Source: a virus
Reading direction: 5' to 3' (one strand)
IMG/VR virus record: IMGVR_UViG_3300004481_000332
Location: 1 to 48,320 of that record
DNA: 48,320 nt
Below, piece after piece: positions 7,239-14,269 of the stretch (positions are counted from its first letter, which is position 1; each line of letters opens with the position of its first letter). The notes beneath the pieces are model-generated. The model ran no database searches. It was not told the DNA's origin and was given only the letters and a program-made list of their open reading frames with translations. The translations under genes were made by a program, and so were the position numbers.

Positions 7239-7412
7239 ATGGAAAACAAAAAACAAGACACTTGGACAATCACGGCAACATTTACAGTCTTTGCTAATGA
7301 GATGGACAAAGATCTGGTTGAGAAAAATGCTCTTGATATACTTGAAAAGAATCTTGACGGAAGTGATATAACGAGTATCTCAATCGTTGACGCAAAAAGA
7401 GATGAGATATAG
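7239..7412 (+). CDS. Hypothetical small protein (57 aa, below the ORF-track cutoff)
   Basis: Hand translation: MENKKQDTWTITATFTVFANEMDKDLVEKNALDILEKNLDGSDITSISIVDAKRDEI, then TAG. Fills the gap between conserved boxes. Confidence 0.5.
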   Translation: MENKKQDTWTITATFTVFANEMDKDLVEKNALDILEKNLDGSDITSISIVDAKRDEI

Positions 7413-7419
7413 TTAATTT

Positions 7420-7437
7420 AAAGGTCGATTCATTAAT
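7420..7437 (+). promoter_or_regulatory. AAAGGTCGA box copy 2 (AAAGGTCGATTCATTAAT)
   Basis: 18-nt identity with 10698-10715. Box starts 34 nt upstream of ATG 7454. Confidence 0.55.
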
Positions 7438-7453
7438 AAGTAAAAACAAACTT

Positions 7454-7609
7454 ATGACAATAGATGATTTAACACCAGAGCAACAAGAAGAACTTGATGC
7501 ATTGAAAACACAAGATATTCTTGAGAGATATGACACAGAGGAGTATTGGGATCCGCAAATTGCAGAAGATTATCTTCAAGAATTGGAAGACGAAGAGAAA
7601 ACAGATTAG
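7454..7609 (+). CDS. Hypothetical small acidic protein (51 aa)
   Basis: Hand translation: MTIDDLTPEQQEELDALKTQDILERYDTEEYWDPQIAEDYLQELEDEEKTD. Its TAG stop lies inside stop-box copy F. Confidence 0.5.
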   Translation: MTIDDLTPEQQEELDALKTQDILERYDTEEYWDPQIAEDYLQELEDEEKTD

Positions 7610-7687
7610 CCGTTGATTGTGGACTTCGTTTAATTCGCTCTGAATTAAGAATTGCCGCAACGGCACAATTCGCTCAACGGAGTCCAC
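7606..7687 (+). repeat. Stop-box/hairpin element copy F (TTAGCCGTT + compound hairpin)
   Basis: TTAGCCGTT at 7606-7614. Outer stem GTGGACTTCGTT (7619-7630) with AACGGAGTCCAC (7676-7687). Inner stems TTAATTC/GAATTAA and TGCCG/CGGCA. Confidence 0.65.
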
Positions 7688-7720
7688 TATTTAATTTCTA
7701 ATCTAATAAACAATAAATAT

Positions 7721-7825
7721 ATGGAAAACTTAATTAACATCGCAATTGGTAGTCTCGTTTACTTTGGTGGTCTTGCTTTTTTAGCATTTCTATTAGAAGT
7801 AATAACACAAAGGTCGAAAAAGTAA
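7721..7825 (+). CDS. Hypothetical 34-aa single-pass membrane peptide
   Basis: Hand translation: MENLINIAIGSLVYFGGLAFLAFLLEVITQRSKK. Confidence 0.4.
   Translation: MENLINIAIGSLVYFGGLAFLAFLLEVITQRSKK
7809..7817 (+). promoter_or_regulatory. AAAGGTCGA box copy 3
   Basis: Box starts 38 nt upstream of ATG 7847 and overlaps the end of the 34-aa ORF. Confidence 0.45.
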
Positions 7826-7846
7826 TTATTAATCAAATTCACAAAT

Positions 7847-8326
7847 ATGTACATTATTTTAAAGGGAACAGAGGTTTTAGCAAAAAAATCTTCTCATAAG
7901 AAAGCAATTGCTTGGATGGAAGAGAATAACTATAAAGAAGGAGATGTGCAAGTAATGACTGATAAAAAATATAATAAAAATCAAGGAATTGATGCTGGAT
8001 CAGAAACGAGAGTCAAAAAAATGACAAAAAATGAATATAAACAGAAAAAAGATCTTGCTTATTCTAAAGTTCCGAAATCAAATCCTGTTCATACAACATC
8101 TCTTTGCAATACTGAAGAGGGTGTTAAAGAAGAAATTCAAAAAAATGAAGGAATTTTAGCTGGAATTGTTCAACATAAAAAAGGAGGATTTTACGGAATT
8201 TATTGGATAGAGAAAGAAAGTCCAGAAGTAAAATCAGACAACGAATCAAAAGAAACAAAAGAACCAGAATTACCAGAAGAATCCGATGGTCTTGAAAATG
8301 ACGAAGAAACTGTTGAAGAATTATAA
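7847..8326 (+). CDS. Hypothetical protein with an acidic C-terminus (159 aa)
   Basis: Long ORF with no recognisable motif. Confidence 0.6.
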   Translation: MYIILKGTEVLAKKSSHKKAIAWMEENNYKEGDVQVMTDKKYNKNQGIDAGSETRVKKMTKNEYKQKKDLAYSKVPKSNPVHTTSLCNTEEGVKEEIQKNEGILAGIVQHKKGGFYGIYWIEKESPEVKSDNESKETKEPELPEESDGLENDEETVEEL

Positions 8327-8332
8327 TAAAAG

Positions 8333-8373
8333 TTAGGCAGAGATTTATCAATTCGAATTAGATCTCTGCCTAA
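8333..8373 (+). promoter_or_regulatory. 12-bp stem-loop between genes (processing, terminator or translational element)
   Basis: TTAGGCAGAGAT (8333-8344) pairs perfectly with ATCTCTGCCTAA (8362-8373). It ends 9 nt before ATG 8383 and has no U-run. Confidence 0.5.
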
Positions 8374-8382
8374 TAAATCGCT

Positions 8383-9156
8383 ATGGAAAAGAATAAAACA
8401 AAAAAATCAAAAGTCGAAGAAACAACGGTTGAACCAATCAAACCTGCATTGTTTGATGTTCATTTTGTTGGAACAGATCCAGCAATTTCTTTAAAGCTTG
8501 GTAATGTGATTACCAAAGACGAATGTTATATGAAGCAATTCACTCGCAAAGCAGACAAAAAGAAAATCACAAAATGGATTCTTACTGATGAAGCAGTTCA
8601 GAAACTCGTTGACGCAGGAAACTTAATTAAAACAGAAGTTTCTAAACCATTGATGGAACCGACACCAGGGAACAGACACGAATATGCAGTCTGGGTGACT
8701 GTTAAGTGTTTATCAAAACTTAACGAACAAGGATTCTGCATTCACGGACAATACGAAGGAAAGACTGCAATGTTGGGTGAAGCAAACGACGACAATCTAA
8801 GAATCGGAAGTGGCTATCCATTAATTATGGCAGAGAAGAGAGGATTCCACAGAGCAGTGATTGCACATCTTAAACTGGATAATGTTTATTCAGAAGAAGA
8901 GTCTGAAGATTTCAAAGAGACAGAAGCAACACCAATTATAAGTCCAGAAGAGTTTGCAAAGGTTAAACCATTTGTAGAGAAATTAATGAATGCAACAACA
9001 ACGAAATCGTTAAATCCAATTGCACGAGAAATCAAAACAAAAACGAAAGAGCTTTCAAAAGCACAGTATGATTATCTCAAAGAATTGTATTATACACAAA
9101 GACGCAGAGTCGATAAAGCGTTTACGGAAACAAAAAACAATGCCAACGGGAATTAA
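8383..9156 (+). CDS. Hypothetical DNA-binding / possible single-strand annealing protein
   Basis: 257 aa. The call rests only on gene context (upstream of the exonuclease) and a weak MAEKRGFHRAV segment reminiscent of annealase families. Confidence 0.25.
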   Translation: MEKNKTKKSKVEETTVEPIKPALFDVHFVGTDPAISLKLGNVITKDECYMKQFTRKADKKKITKWILTDEAVQKLVDAGNLIKTEVSKPLMEPTPGNRHEYAVWVTVKCLSKLNEQGFCIHGQYEGKTAMLGEANDDNLRIGSGYPLIMAEKRGFHRAVIAHLKLDNVYSEEESEDFKETEATPIISPEEFAKVKPFVEKLMNATTTKSLNPIAREIKTKTKELSKAQYDYLKELYYTQRRRVDKAFTETKNNANGN

Positions 9157-9751
9157 AGGATTTCAAATCGGACATAAAACCAATGTAGGTAAACATTGGA
9201 AAATTAAGGATACTTCTAATGTTGGTAAGTATTGGAAGAATAAACAATTCACTAAAGAACATAAAAGAAAACTCGGACTTGTTTGGAAAGGAAGAAAACA
9301 TTCTTTAAAATCAAAACAACAAATTAGTAAATCTCATTTCGGTTTGAAATTGTCGAAAGACGTAAAACAAAAGATTAGTAAAGCACATCTTGGAAAAAAA
9401 TCATCGTTCGAAACTAGAAAAAAGATGAGTTTATCACATAAAGGATCTAAAAGTTATTTGTGGAAGGGTGGAATTTCTCCACTTCATAAACAAATAAGAT
9501 TATGTTTTGAATCACGACAATGGAGATCCGATGTTTTTACAAGAGATAACTTTACTTGTCAAATGTGTGGAAAACGCGGATATAAATTAAATGCACATCA
9601 TCTTAAGCCATTTAATAAGATTGTTGAAGAATATAAAATTAAATCAATTCAAGAAGCTTTAAATTGTGATGAATTATGGAACATTAATAATGGTCAAACA
9701 TTGTGCCATAATTGTCATAAGAAGACAAATACATATGCAAGATCGAATTAA
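9140..9751 (+). CDS. Free-standing HNH homing endonuclease with NUMOD3-like repeats
   Basis: Repeats KEHKRKLG / KSKQQISKSH / KQKISKAHLGKK / TRKKMSLSHKG. HNH core CQMCG...NAHHLKPF...NGQTLCHNCHKKT. ATG 9140 (MPTGIKGF) overlaps the previous gene by 17 nt. Confidence 0.85.
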   Translation: MPTGIKGFQIGHKTNVGKHWKIKDTSNVGKYWKNKQFTKEHKRKLGLVWKGRKHSLKSKQQISKSHFGLKLSKDVKQKISKAHLGKKSSFETRKKMSLSHKGSKSYLWKGGISPLHKQIRLCFESRQWRSDVFTRDNFTCQMCGKRGYKLNAHHLKPFNKIVEEYKIKSIQEALNCDELWNINNGQTLCHNCHKKTNTYARSN

Positions 9752-10484
9752 TCAAAGTGCTATAAAATACTATAAATCCTGTTGTTTCAAATACTTCTTA
9801 AAATATGAACTAGGACTTGTTGTTCCTCAGAAGATATTGCCGTTGGTCTTCGGTAAATCTTTTCACACCGCGATAGAATTATACGAAAAGGGAATTCCAT
9901 TAGAAGAGACATTCAGAAAAGAATTCACAGCAGATCAAATACAGGAAGAGGAACGTGCATCATTTGAAGATGATATAAAAGACGGTATTGCATTGTTAAA
10001 CAAATACGCAGAGAAGAAAGAATATATTGAAAAGGTTTATAATCTGAAAGCAAAGTCGTCTGAGACGTTCTTTAATGAATACTTTACAAATCCGGCAACA
10101 GGAAAACGAAGTTCAATTCCATTCTCTGGAGTTATTGATCGTATTACTATTACAGACGATCTAGTTGATTTTAAAACATCTTCTTCGAAATATCAAAAAG
10201 AAGACGTAGACATTGCAATTCAAGCAACAATGTATTCGTTCTATCAATATCAAAAGACAAAGAAAAATCCAATCAAGTTCACATATGTGGTCTTCATCAA
10301 AGGTCGCAAAGATCCACAGATTCAAATCATTCAAACAACAAGATCAACAAAAGACTATCCGGTTTTGTTTGAAGACATCGAGAATTTAATCAAAGAAGTG
10401 CAAAATAAACGGTTTGATCCAAAGCCAAGTTATCAATGCTTGTACTGTGAATTCAAATCAATTTGTCCATATGCAAAAAAATAA
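9735..10484 (+). CDS. Cas4-like PD-(D/E)XK exonuclease with a 4-Cys cluster
   Basis: N-terminal Cys (YKSCCFKY), GVIDRI...DLVDFKTS (D...DxK), QATMYSFY (QxxxY), and C-terminal CLYCEFKSIC (C-x2-C-x5-C). Confidence 0.8.
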   Translation: MQDRINQSAIKYYKSCCFKYFLKYELGLVVPQKILPLVFGKSFHTAIELYEKGIPLEETFRKEFTADQIQEEERASFEDDIKDGIALLNKYAEKKEYIEKVYNLKAKSSETFFNEYFTNPATGKRSSIPFSGVIDRITITDDLVDFKTSSSKYQKEDVDIAIQATMYSFYQYQKTKKNPIKFTYVVFIKGRKDPQIQIIQTTRSTKDYPVLFEDIENLIKEVQNKRFDPKPSYQCLYCEFKSICPYAKK

Positions 10485-10698
10485 CATCGGAATTATAAGA
10501 TCATCGAATTACTATACTCCTCTTGATCTTGCAAAGCTTGGCAGAGTTGGAATGTTTCCATATAAGAATCACATTACGATTCTTAAGATGATCAAGAACA
10601 AAAGGATCAAAGCACTTAATACTAACAAAAAAGGAGTCCCACGATATAAAATCTTGGGATCAGATATCATCTCATTTATGAATGATATGAAAGTCTAA
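10471..10698 (+). CDS. Excisionase/MerR-type HTH DNA-binding protein (75 aa)
   Basis: YTPLDLAKLG...KGVPRYKILGSDIISFMND resembles the HTH_17 pattern. ATG is at 10471. Confidence 0.45.
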   Translation: MQKNNIGIIRSSNYYTPLDLAKLGRVGMFPYKNHITILKMIKNKRIKALNTNKKGVPRYKILGSDIISFMNDMKV

Positions 10699-10715
10699 AA
10701 GGTCGATTCATTAAT
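10698..10715 (+). promoter_or_regulatory. AAAGGTCGA box copy 4 (AAAGGTCGATTCATTAAT)
   Basis: Box starts 34 nt upstream of ATG 10732. Confidence 0.55.
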
Positions 10716-10731
10716 CAATTAAATTAAAATT

Positions 10732-11139
10732 ATGCAAATAGCAAAAAAATACGTTGAAAAACACGATCTCGATAAAACAATCTCATTCAAAGGAACAGGA
10801 GAACATATCGTAAAACTAATCGGTGGTGTAGAAGATACAATCAAAAACCAAGACGGTGGTGAAACCTCGGGTATTCGTTTTACAGTAATGGAAGATGGTA
10901 AAGAGAAGACGTTCTTTACTGGATCAGAGATTCTTATCAAAGAGTTAGCAAATATCAAAGAAGGTTCTTGGGTTAAGATTGAGTTATGTGCTAAGAAAAC
11001 TCCTTCTGGTGTAAGAAGTTTCTTTGCGGTCGAGGAAACAGATGCACCTGTCTTCACAAAAGAGTCAAAGATCATAAACGAAGACACTGGAGAAGTTGAA
11101 GGAGAAGAAGGAGTTCCTGAACAAGAAGAGATGTTATGA
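10732..11139 (+). CDS. Possible single-stranded DNA-binding protein
   Basis: 135 aa with a strongly acidic C-terminal tail (EDTGEVEGEEGVPEQEEML), located in the recombination/replication module. Weak call. Confidence 0.3.
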   Translation: MQIAKKYVEKHDLDKTISFKGTGEHIVKLIGGVEDTIKNQDGGETSGIRFTVMEDGKEKTFFTGSEILIKELANIKEGSWVKIELCAKKTPSGVRSFFAVEETDAPVFTKESKIINEDTGEVEGEEGVPEQEEML

Positions 11140-11558
11140 AAATCTGTCAAGACTATCTCTTAAAAAGAAATAAATTACCAATTAAAAAGTGGGTTGTTCC
11201 TTCTCGTAGTCACACAGATAAGAAATATGATGTTAGTTTGTTTCAAGACGGTTCGTTTGAATGCAATTGCACAGCAGGAACTATGAATCGCGAGTGTTCA
11301 CATGTTCGATTGATTAAAAAAATGAATCCAAGAAAACGATTAAATCTTAAATATGTTTATTATCCTGACAAATGTTTCTTTTGCGAAAGACCATCGACGT
11401 CATATGGATTAGATGAACATCACCTCTGGAGAGGTCCCGATCGACTAACAAGTCCAACAATCTGGTTATGTAGAAGATGCCACGATCGCGCTACCTTAGA
11501 TCACGAATTTTCAACCCATTTACAAGAATTATATGAACAACGAAAAGAAAACAATTAG
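11136..11558 (+). CDS. SWIM zinc-finger + HNH-motif protein
   Basis: CNCTAGTMNRECSH (CxCxnCxH) and DEHHLWRG...LCRRCHDRA. Confidence 0.6.
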   Translation: MKICQDYLLKRNKLPIKKWVVPSRSHTDKKYDVSLFQDGSFECNCTAGTMNRECSHVRLIKKMNPRKRLNLKYVYYPDKCFFCERPSTSYGLDEHHLWRGPDRLTSPTIWLCRRCHDRATLDHEFSTHLQELYEQRKENN

Positions 11559-11721
11559 CTTTTATGCTTCAATAAAAGAGGTGAAAGTTAAAACACTCAA
11601 TTCTGGTGACAAAGAGACGCGGATTTTATTATCTGTTGTCGGTGCAGATTCTGCAATGGCAAATCAACTTACTGATGTGGAACCACAAGAGCAGATAAAG
11701 ATAATCTATGAAAAGAATTAG
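11533..11721 (+). CDS. Hypothetical protein (62 aa)
   Basis: ORF-track entry with no motif. Confidence 0.45.
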   Translation: MNNEKKTISFYASIKEVKVKTLNSGDKETRILLSVVGADSAMANQLTDVEPQEQIKIIYEKN

Positions 11722-11848
11722 AAAACAATTAAATATCTTTGACATTTTACGAAAGAATCGAGCAAAAACAAAAAATGAAAAACTTTGGTGGAAAATGTGG
11801 GCTAAAGAAAACATTTTTGTTAAAGATAAAAGAAAAATAAAGTTATGA
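11708..11848 (+). CDS. Hypothetical small basic protein (46 aa)
   Basis: Hand translation: MKRIRKQLNIFDILRKNRAKTKNEKLWWKMWAKENIFVKDKRKIKL. ATGA overlap with the kinase gene. Confidence 0.35.
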   Translation: MKRIRKQLNIFDILRKNRAKTKNEKLWWKMWAKENIFVKDKRKIKL

Positions 11849-12393
11849 TAATCATTATTGAAGGAGTTGATTTGGGAGGAAAAACAACAGTAGTCGAAGA
11901 TCTCAAAAGATATTACGGAAACGGTGCTGTTGTCTTTAAGAATCCAATCAAACCAAGATCAAAACACGATCGAGAAAGTATTTTTATTGCATATACTGTA
12001 ATGTTTGGAATGGCTTTAAAAGACGAATTCAAGAACAAACTTGTCATCTTTGATCGTGCATATCCTTCAGAGATGGTTTATTCAAAGGTCAAGAGGAACT
12101 ATGAAGCAATGAACGATCTTCGTTGGTGGAAGTTTGATTCAAACATAGCAAACGAGGATGTCTTAATGGTATATTGTTATGCACCATTGACTAAATTGAC
12201 AGAGAGATTGAAAGTAAGAGGTGATGATTATGTCAAGAAAAACGAACTTGAAAAACTTGTAAAGAGATATGATAGATTTTTAAAGAAGACAAAATTGCTT
12301 CATCTTAAAATAAGATCGATAGATACAAGAGAACATAATCTTCTAAAGATCTTAGATTTTCTTCAAAAACATAAGAACGTAATACCGTACTAA
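11845..12393 (+). CDS. Thymidylate-kinase-like dNMP kinase
   Basis: P-loop IIIEGVDLGGKTT and the DRAYPSEMVYS motif (the DRxxxSxxAY type). Confidence 0.75.
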   Translation: MIIIIEGVDLGGKTTVVEDLKRYYGNGAVVFKNPIKPRSKHDRESIFIAYTVMFGMALKDEFKNKLVIFDRAYPSEMVYSKVKRNYEAMNDLRWWKFDSNIANEDVLMVYCYAPLTKLTERLKVRGDDYVKKNELEKLVKRYDRFLKKTKLLHLKIRSIDTREHNLLKILDFLQKHKNVIPY

Positions 12394-12394
12394 T

Positions 12395-12526
12395 ATGAGC
12401 AATGCTAAACAAACACTATTAAAAGAAGCAAGAAAACTTAGAGCTAAAGCATATAAGAAAAGAATTGAAGCAGACAGACTCGAAAAAGAGGCAGAAGAAT
12501 TAGAAAAACAAGCATATGAACATAAC
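12395..12526 (+). CDS. Hypothetical small coiled-coil protein (43 aa)
   Basis: Hand translation: MSNAKQTLLKEARKLRAKAYKKRIEADRLEKEAEELEKQAYEHN. Confidence 0.35.
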
Positions 12527-13112
12527 TAATTTCAACAATCTTAAACCAACAAAAGATAGACTCCTCGAGATGTTAGAACTGCAAAAAGAATTGCAAAAGC
12601 TTTATGAGATGCCAGAATCCCTAGATCTTTCGATAGCAAAAGACCAAGATCTTCTCAGATGGTTAGCTTGGTGTGTCACAGAAGAAACAGGAGAAGCAAT
12701 GGAATGCTACAATAATGGTATGGGAGATGAACATCTTCTTGATGAAGTTGCAGACAGCACTCATTTCTTTTTAGAACTAATTAATCTATCCGGATTAAGA
12801 TTGAAGTTCACAAACCAGATCGGGATTTTTGATAGCTTGTATTTGATCTTCACAAAAGATATGAAGAATCCGCTTGAGGCACACTCCGAATTCATTTGTG
12901 CTCTTGCTTTAGCAATCAACGTATTAAAAAATCGAAAATGGAGAAAAATCAATCTTCTGACAAACGAAGATGTCTTTTACAAAAAACTAGAAACAGCAGT
13001 CGAGCTGTTTTTTGTTTTTCTTAAATCATTAAACATAACAGACAATCTTCTGTGGTCAGCATTCACGAGAAAATATCAAGTGAATAAATTCAGGAGAGAA
13101 TCTAACTATTAA
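12516..13112 (+). CDS. All-alpha NTP pyrophosphohydrolase (dimeric dUTPase / T4 gp56 dCTPase-like)
   Basis: TEETGEAMECY, LLDEVADSTHFFLELINL and C-terminal KYQVNKFRRESNY resemble T4 gp56 ELVDIFHFVLNMF and LKNKENFARQDRGY (recalled from memory). Confidence 0.6.
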   Translation: MNITNFNNLKPTKDRLLEMLELQKELQKLYEMPESLDLSIAKDQDLLRWLAWCVTEETGEAMECYNNGMGDEHLLDEVADSTHFFLELINLSGLRLKFTNQIGIFDSLYLIFTKDMKNPLEAHSEFICALALAINVLKNRKWRKINLLTNEDVFYKKLETAVELFFVFLKSLNITDNLLWSAFTRKYQVNKFRRESNY

Positions 13113-13113
13113 T

Positions 13114-13812
13114 ATGAGAATCTTTAAATCGTTCGACGAGATGCACAAAGAACTGACACGAGAGCTAACACATAACGGTTTGATTGTAAATGTTGAAACA
13201 GTTCAGGACAAAGATGTCAAAGGAATGTCTGAATATACAACAAAAGAACTGATCGGATATTCTTTTCTTGTCAGAGACACGTCAAAGAAAAGTGAATGGT
13301 TAAAATCTCTTGGATATAATTTAGATTGGGCAAAAGAAGAATTCGAAGAAAGAGTCAGTCCGTTTCCAATTAATCCAGGACGAGCTTGGGAAAGACGAGA
13401 AAAGGCTTGGAGTGAATTTATTCATAATGGAAAGTTTAGCTATACATATAATGAAAGGATCCGAGAACAACTAAACGAAATTATTGATCTTTTGAACACA
13501 AAACCTCATTCTAGACAAGCAATCATAACAATTTACGATCAACACAGTGATTTAAAGAACGCAGGAGGTCAGCGGAGGATTCCTTGCAGTATGTATTACC
13601 AGTTCTTCATCCGTGAAGGTAAATTACACCTAATTTATAACATAAGAAGCAATGATTTTAAAGAACACTTCCCATATGATGTATGGTTAGCAGCCGAGAT
13701 GCAAAAATATGTTGCTGATAGAAATAGAACTGTTAGCGGTAAATGCGGAGACTTCATTTACTTTTGTGGATCTTTACATACTTTTATGAGAGACTCACAA
13801 GAGATGTTTTAA
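13114..13812 (+). CDS. Thymidylate-synthase-fold pyrimidine C5 transferase, dCMP hydroxymethylase-like
   Basis: SRQAIITIYD and RIPCSMYYQFFIREGKLHLIYNIRSNDFKEHFPYDVW align without gaps to ThyA PCHAFFQF...[16 protein letters not shown]. Asp replaces Asn177. RSND and GSLH match T4 gp42. Confidence 0.8.
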   Translation: MRIFKSFDEMHKELTRELTHNGLIVNVETVQDKDVKGMSEYTTKELIGYSFLVRDTSKKSEWLKSLGYNLDWAKEEFEERVSPFPINPGRAWERREKAWSEFIHNGKFSYTYNERIREQLNEIIDLLNTKPHSRQAIITIYDQHSDLKNAGGQRRIPCSMYYQFFIREGKLHLIYNIRSNDFKEHFPYDVWLAAEMQKYVADRNRTVSGKCGDFIYFCGSLHTFMRDSQEMF

Positions 13813-13818
13813 TATAAA

Positions 13819-13934
13819 AGCGGACCGTGGCTTAAGGTCTATGATCATAACTTGGGAGGGAATATATTTGTCAGCACATTACACTTTATGTGTGAAGCTG
13901 AGTAATCACATAAAATGCCCCCACACGGTCTGCT
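13819..13934 (+). ncRNA. Structured intergenic RNA element (function unknown)
   Basis: 11-bp closing helix AGCGGACCGTG (13819-13829) with CACGGTCTGCT (13924-13934), one G:U. Internal hairpins CACAT/ATGTG and TGTGA/TCACA. It is a 131-nt gap in an otherwise gap-free operon. Confidence 0.35.
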
Positions 13935-13943
13935 TCTATAGAT

Positions 13944-14258
13944 ATGAGAGAAAAAGAAATTCAATATACAATTATTCAATATTTAGAATATCAGAAGAAT
14001 TTATATTTCATTAGAACGAATTCTTTTGCTGGATCATTCTTACGAAGAAACGGTTCTGCTGGATATATTAAAAATAACAAAGCAGGATGTCCAGATATTA
14101 TAGTTTTAAAAAACGGAAGATTCATTGGTCTTGAAGTAAAGACAGACAAAGGAAAACAATCAGATCTTCAAAAAGAAGCAGAAAAACAAATTAAGAATAG
14201 TGGTGGTGAATATTATATTATTAGAAGACTAGAAGACGTTCTTGATATTTTTAAATAA
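13944..14258 (+). CDS. VRR-NUC domain nuclease
   Basis: 104 aa. AGCPDIIVLKNGRFIGLEVKTDKGKQSDLQ matches the GxPD...E-V-K...Q pattern. Confidence 0.75.
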   Translation: MREKEIQYTIIQYLEYQKNLYFIRTNSFAGSFLRRNGSAGYIKNNKAGCPDIIVLKNGRFIGLEVKTDKGKQSDLQKEAEKQIKNSGGEYYIIRRLEDVLDIFK

Positions 14259-14269
14259 TAGTTCTTTAT

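Noticed and set aside
3522-7687. Integron-like attC sites (GTT... after each cassette)
   Set aside because: There is no integron integrase. The core does not fit GTTRRRY consistently (GTTTCC, GTTGAC, GTTAAC), and there is no R''/L''-L'/R' symmetry.
9020-9734. Longer N-terminal extensions given by the ORF track for the HNH (9020) and exonuclease (9666) genes
   Set aside because: The extensions overlap the preceding genes extensively. Internal ATGs at 9140 (MPTGIKGF) and 9735 (MQDRINQS) give compact gene junctions consistent with the rest of the operon.
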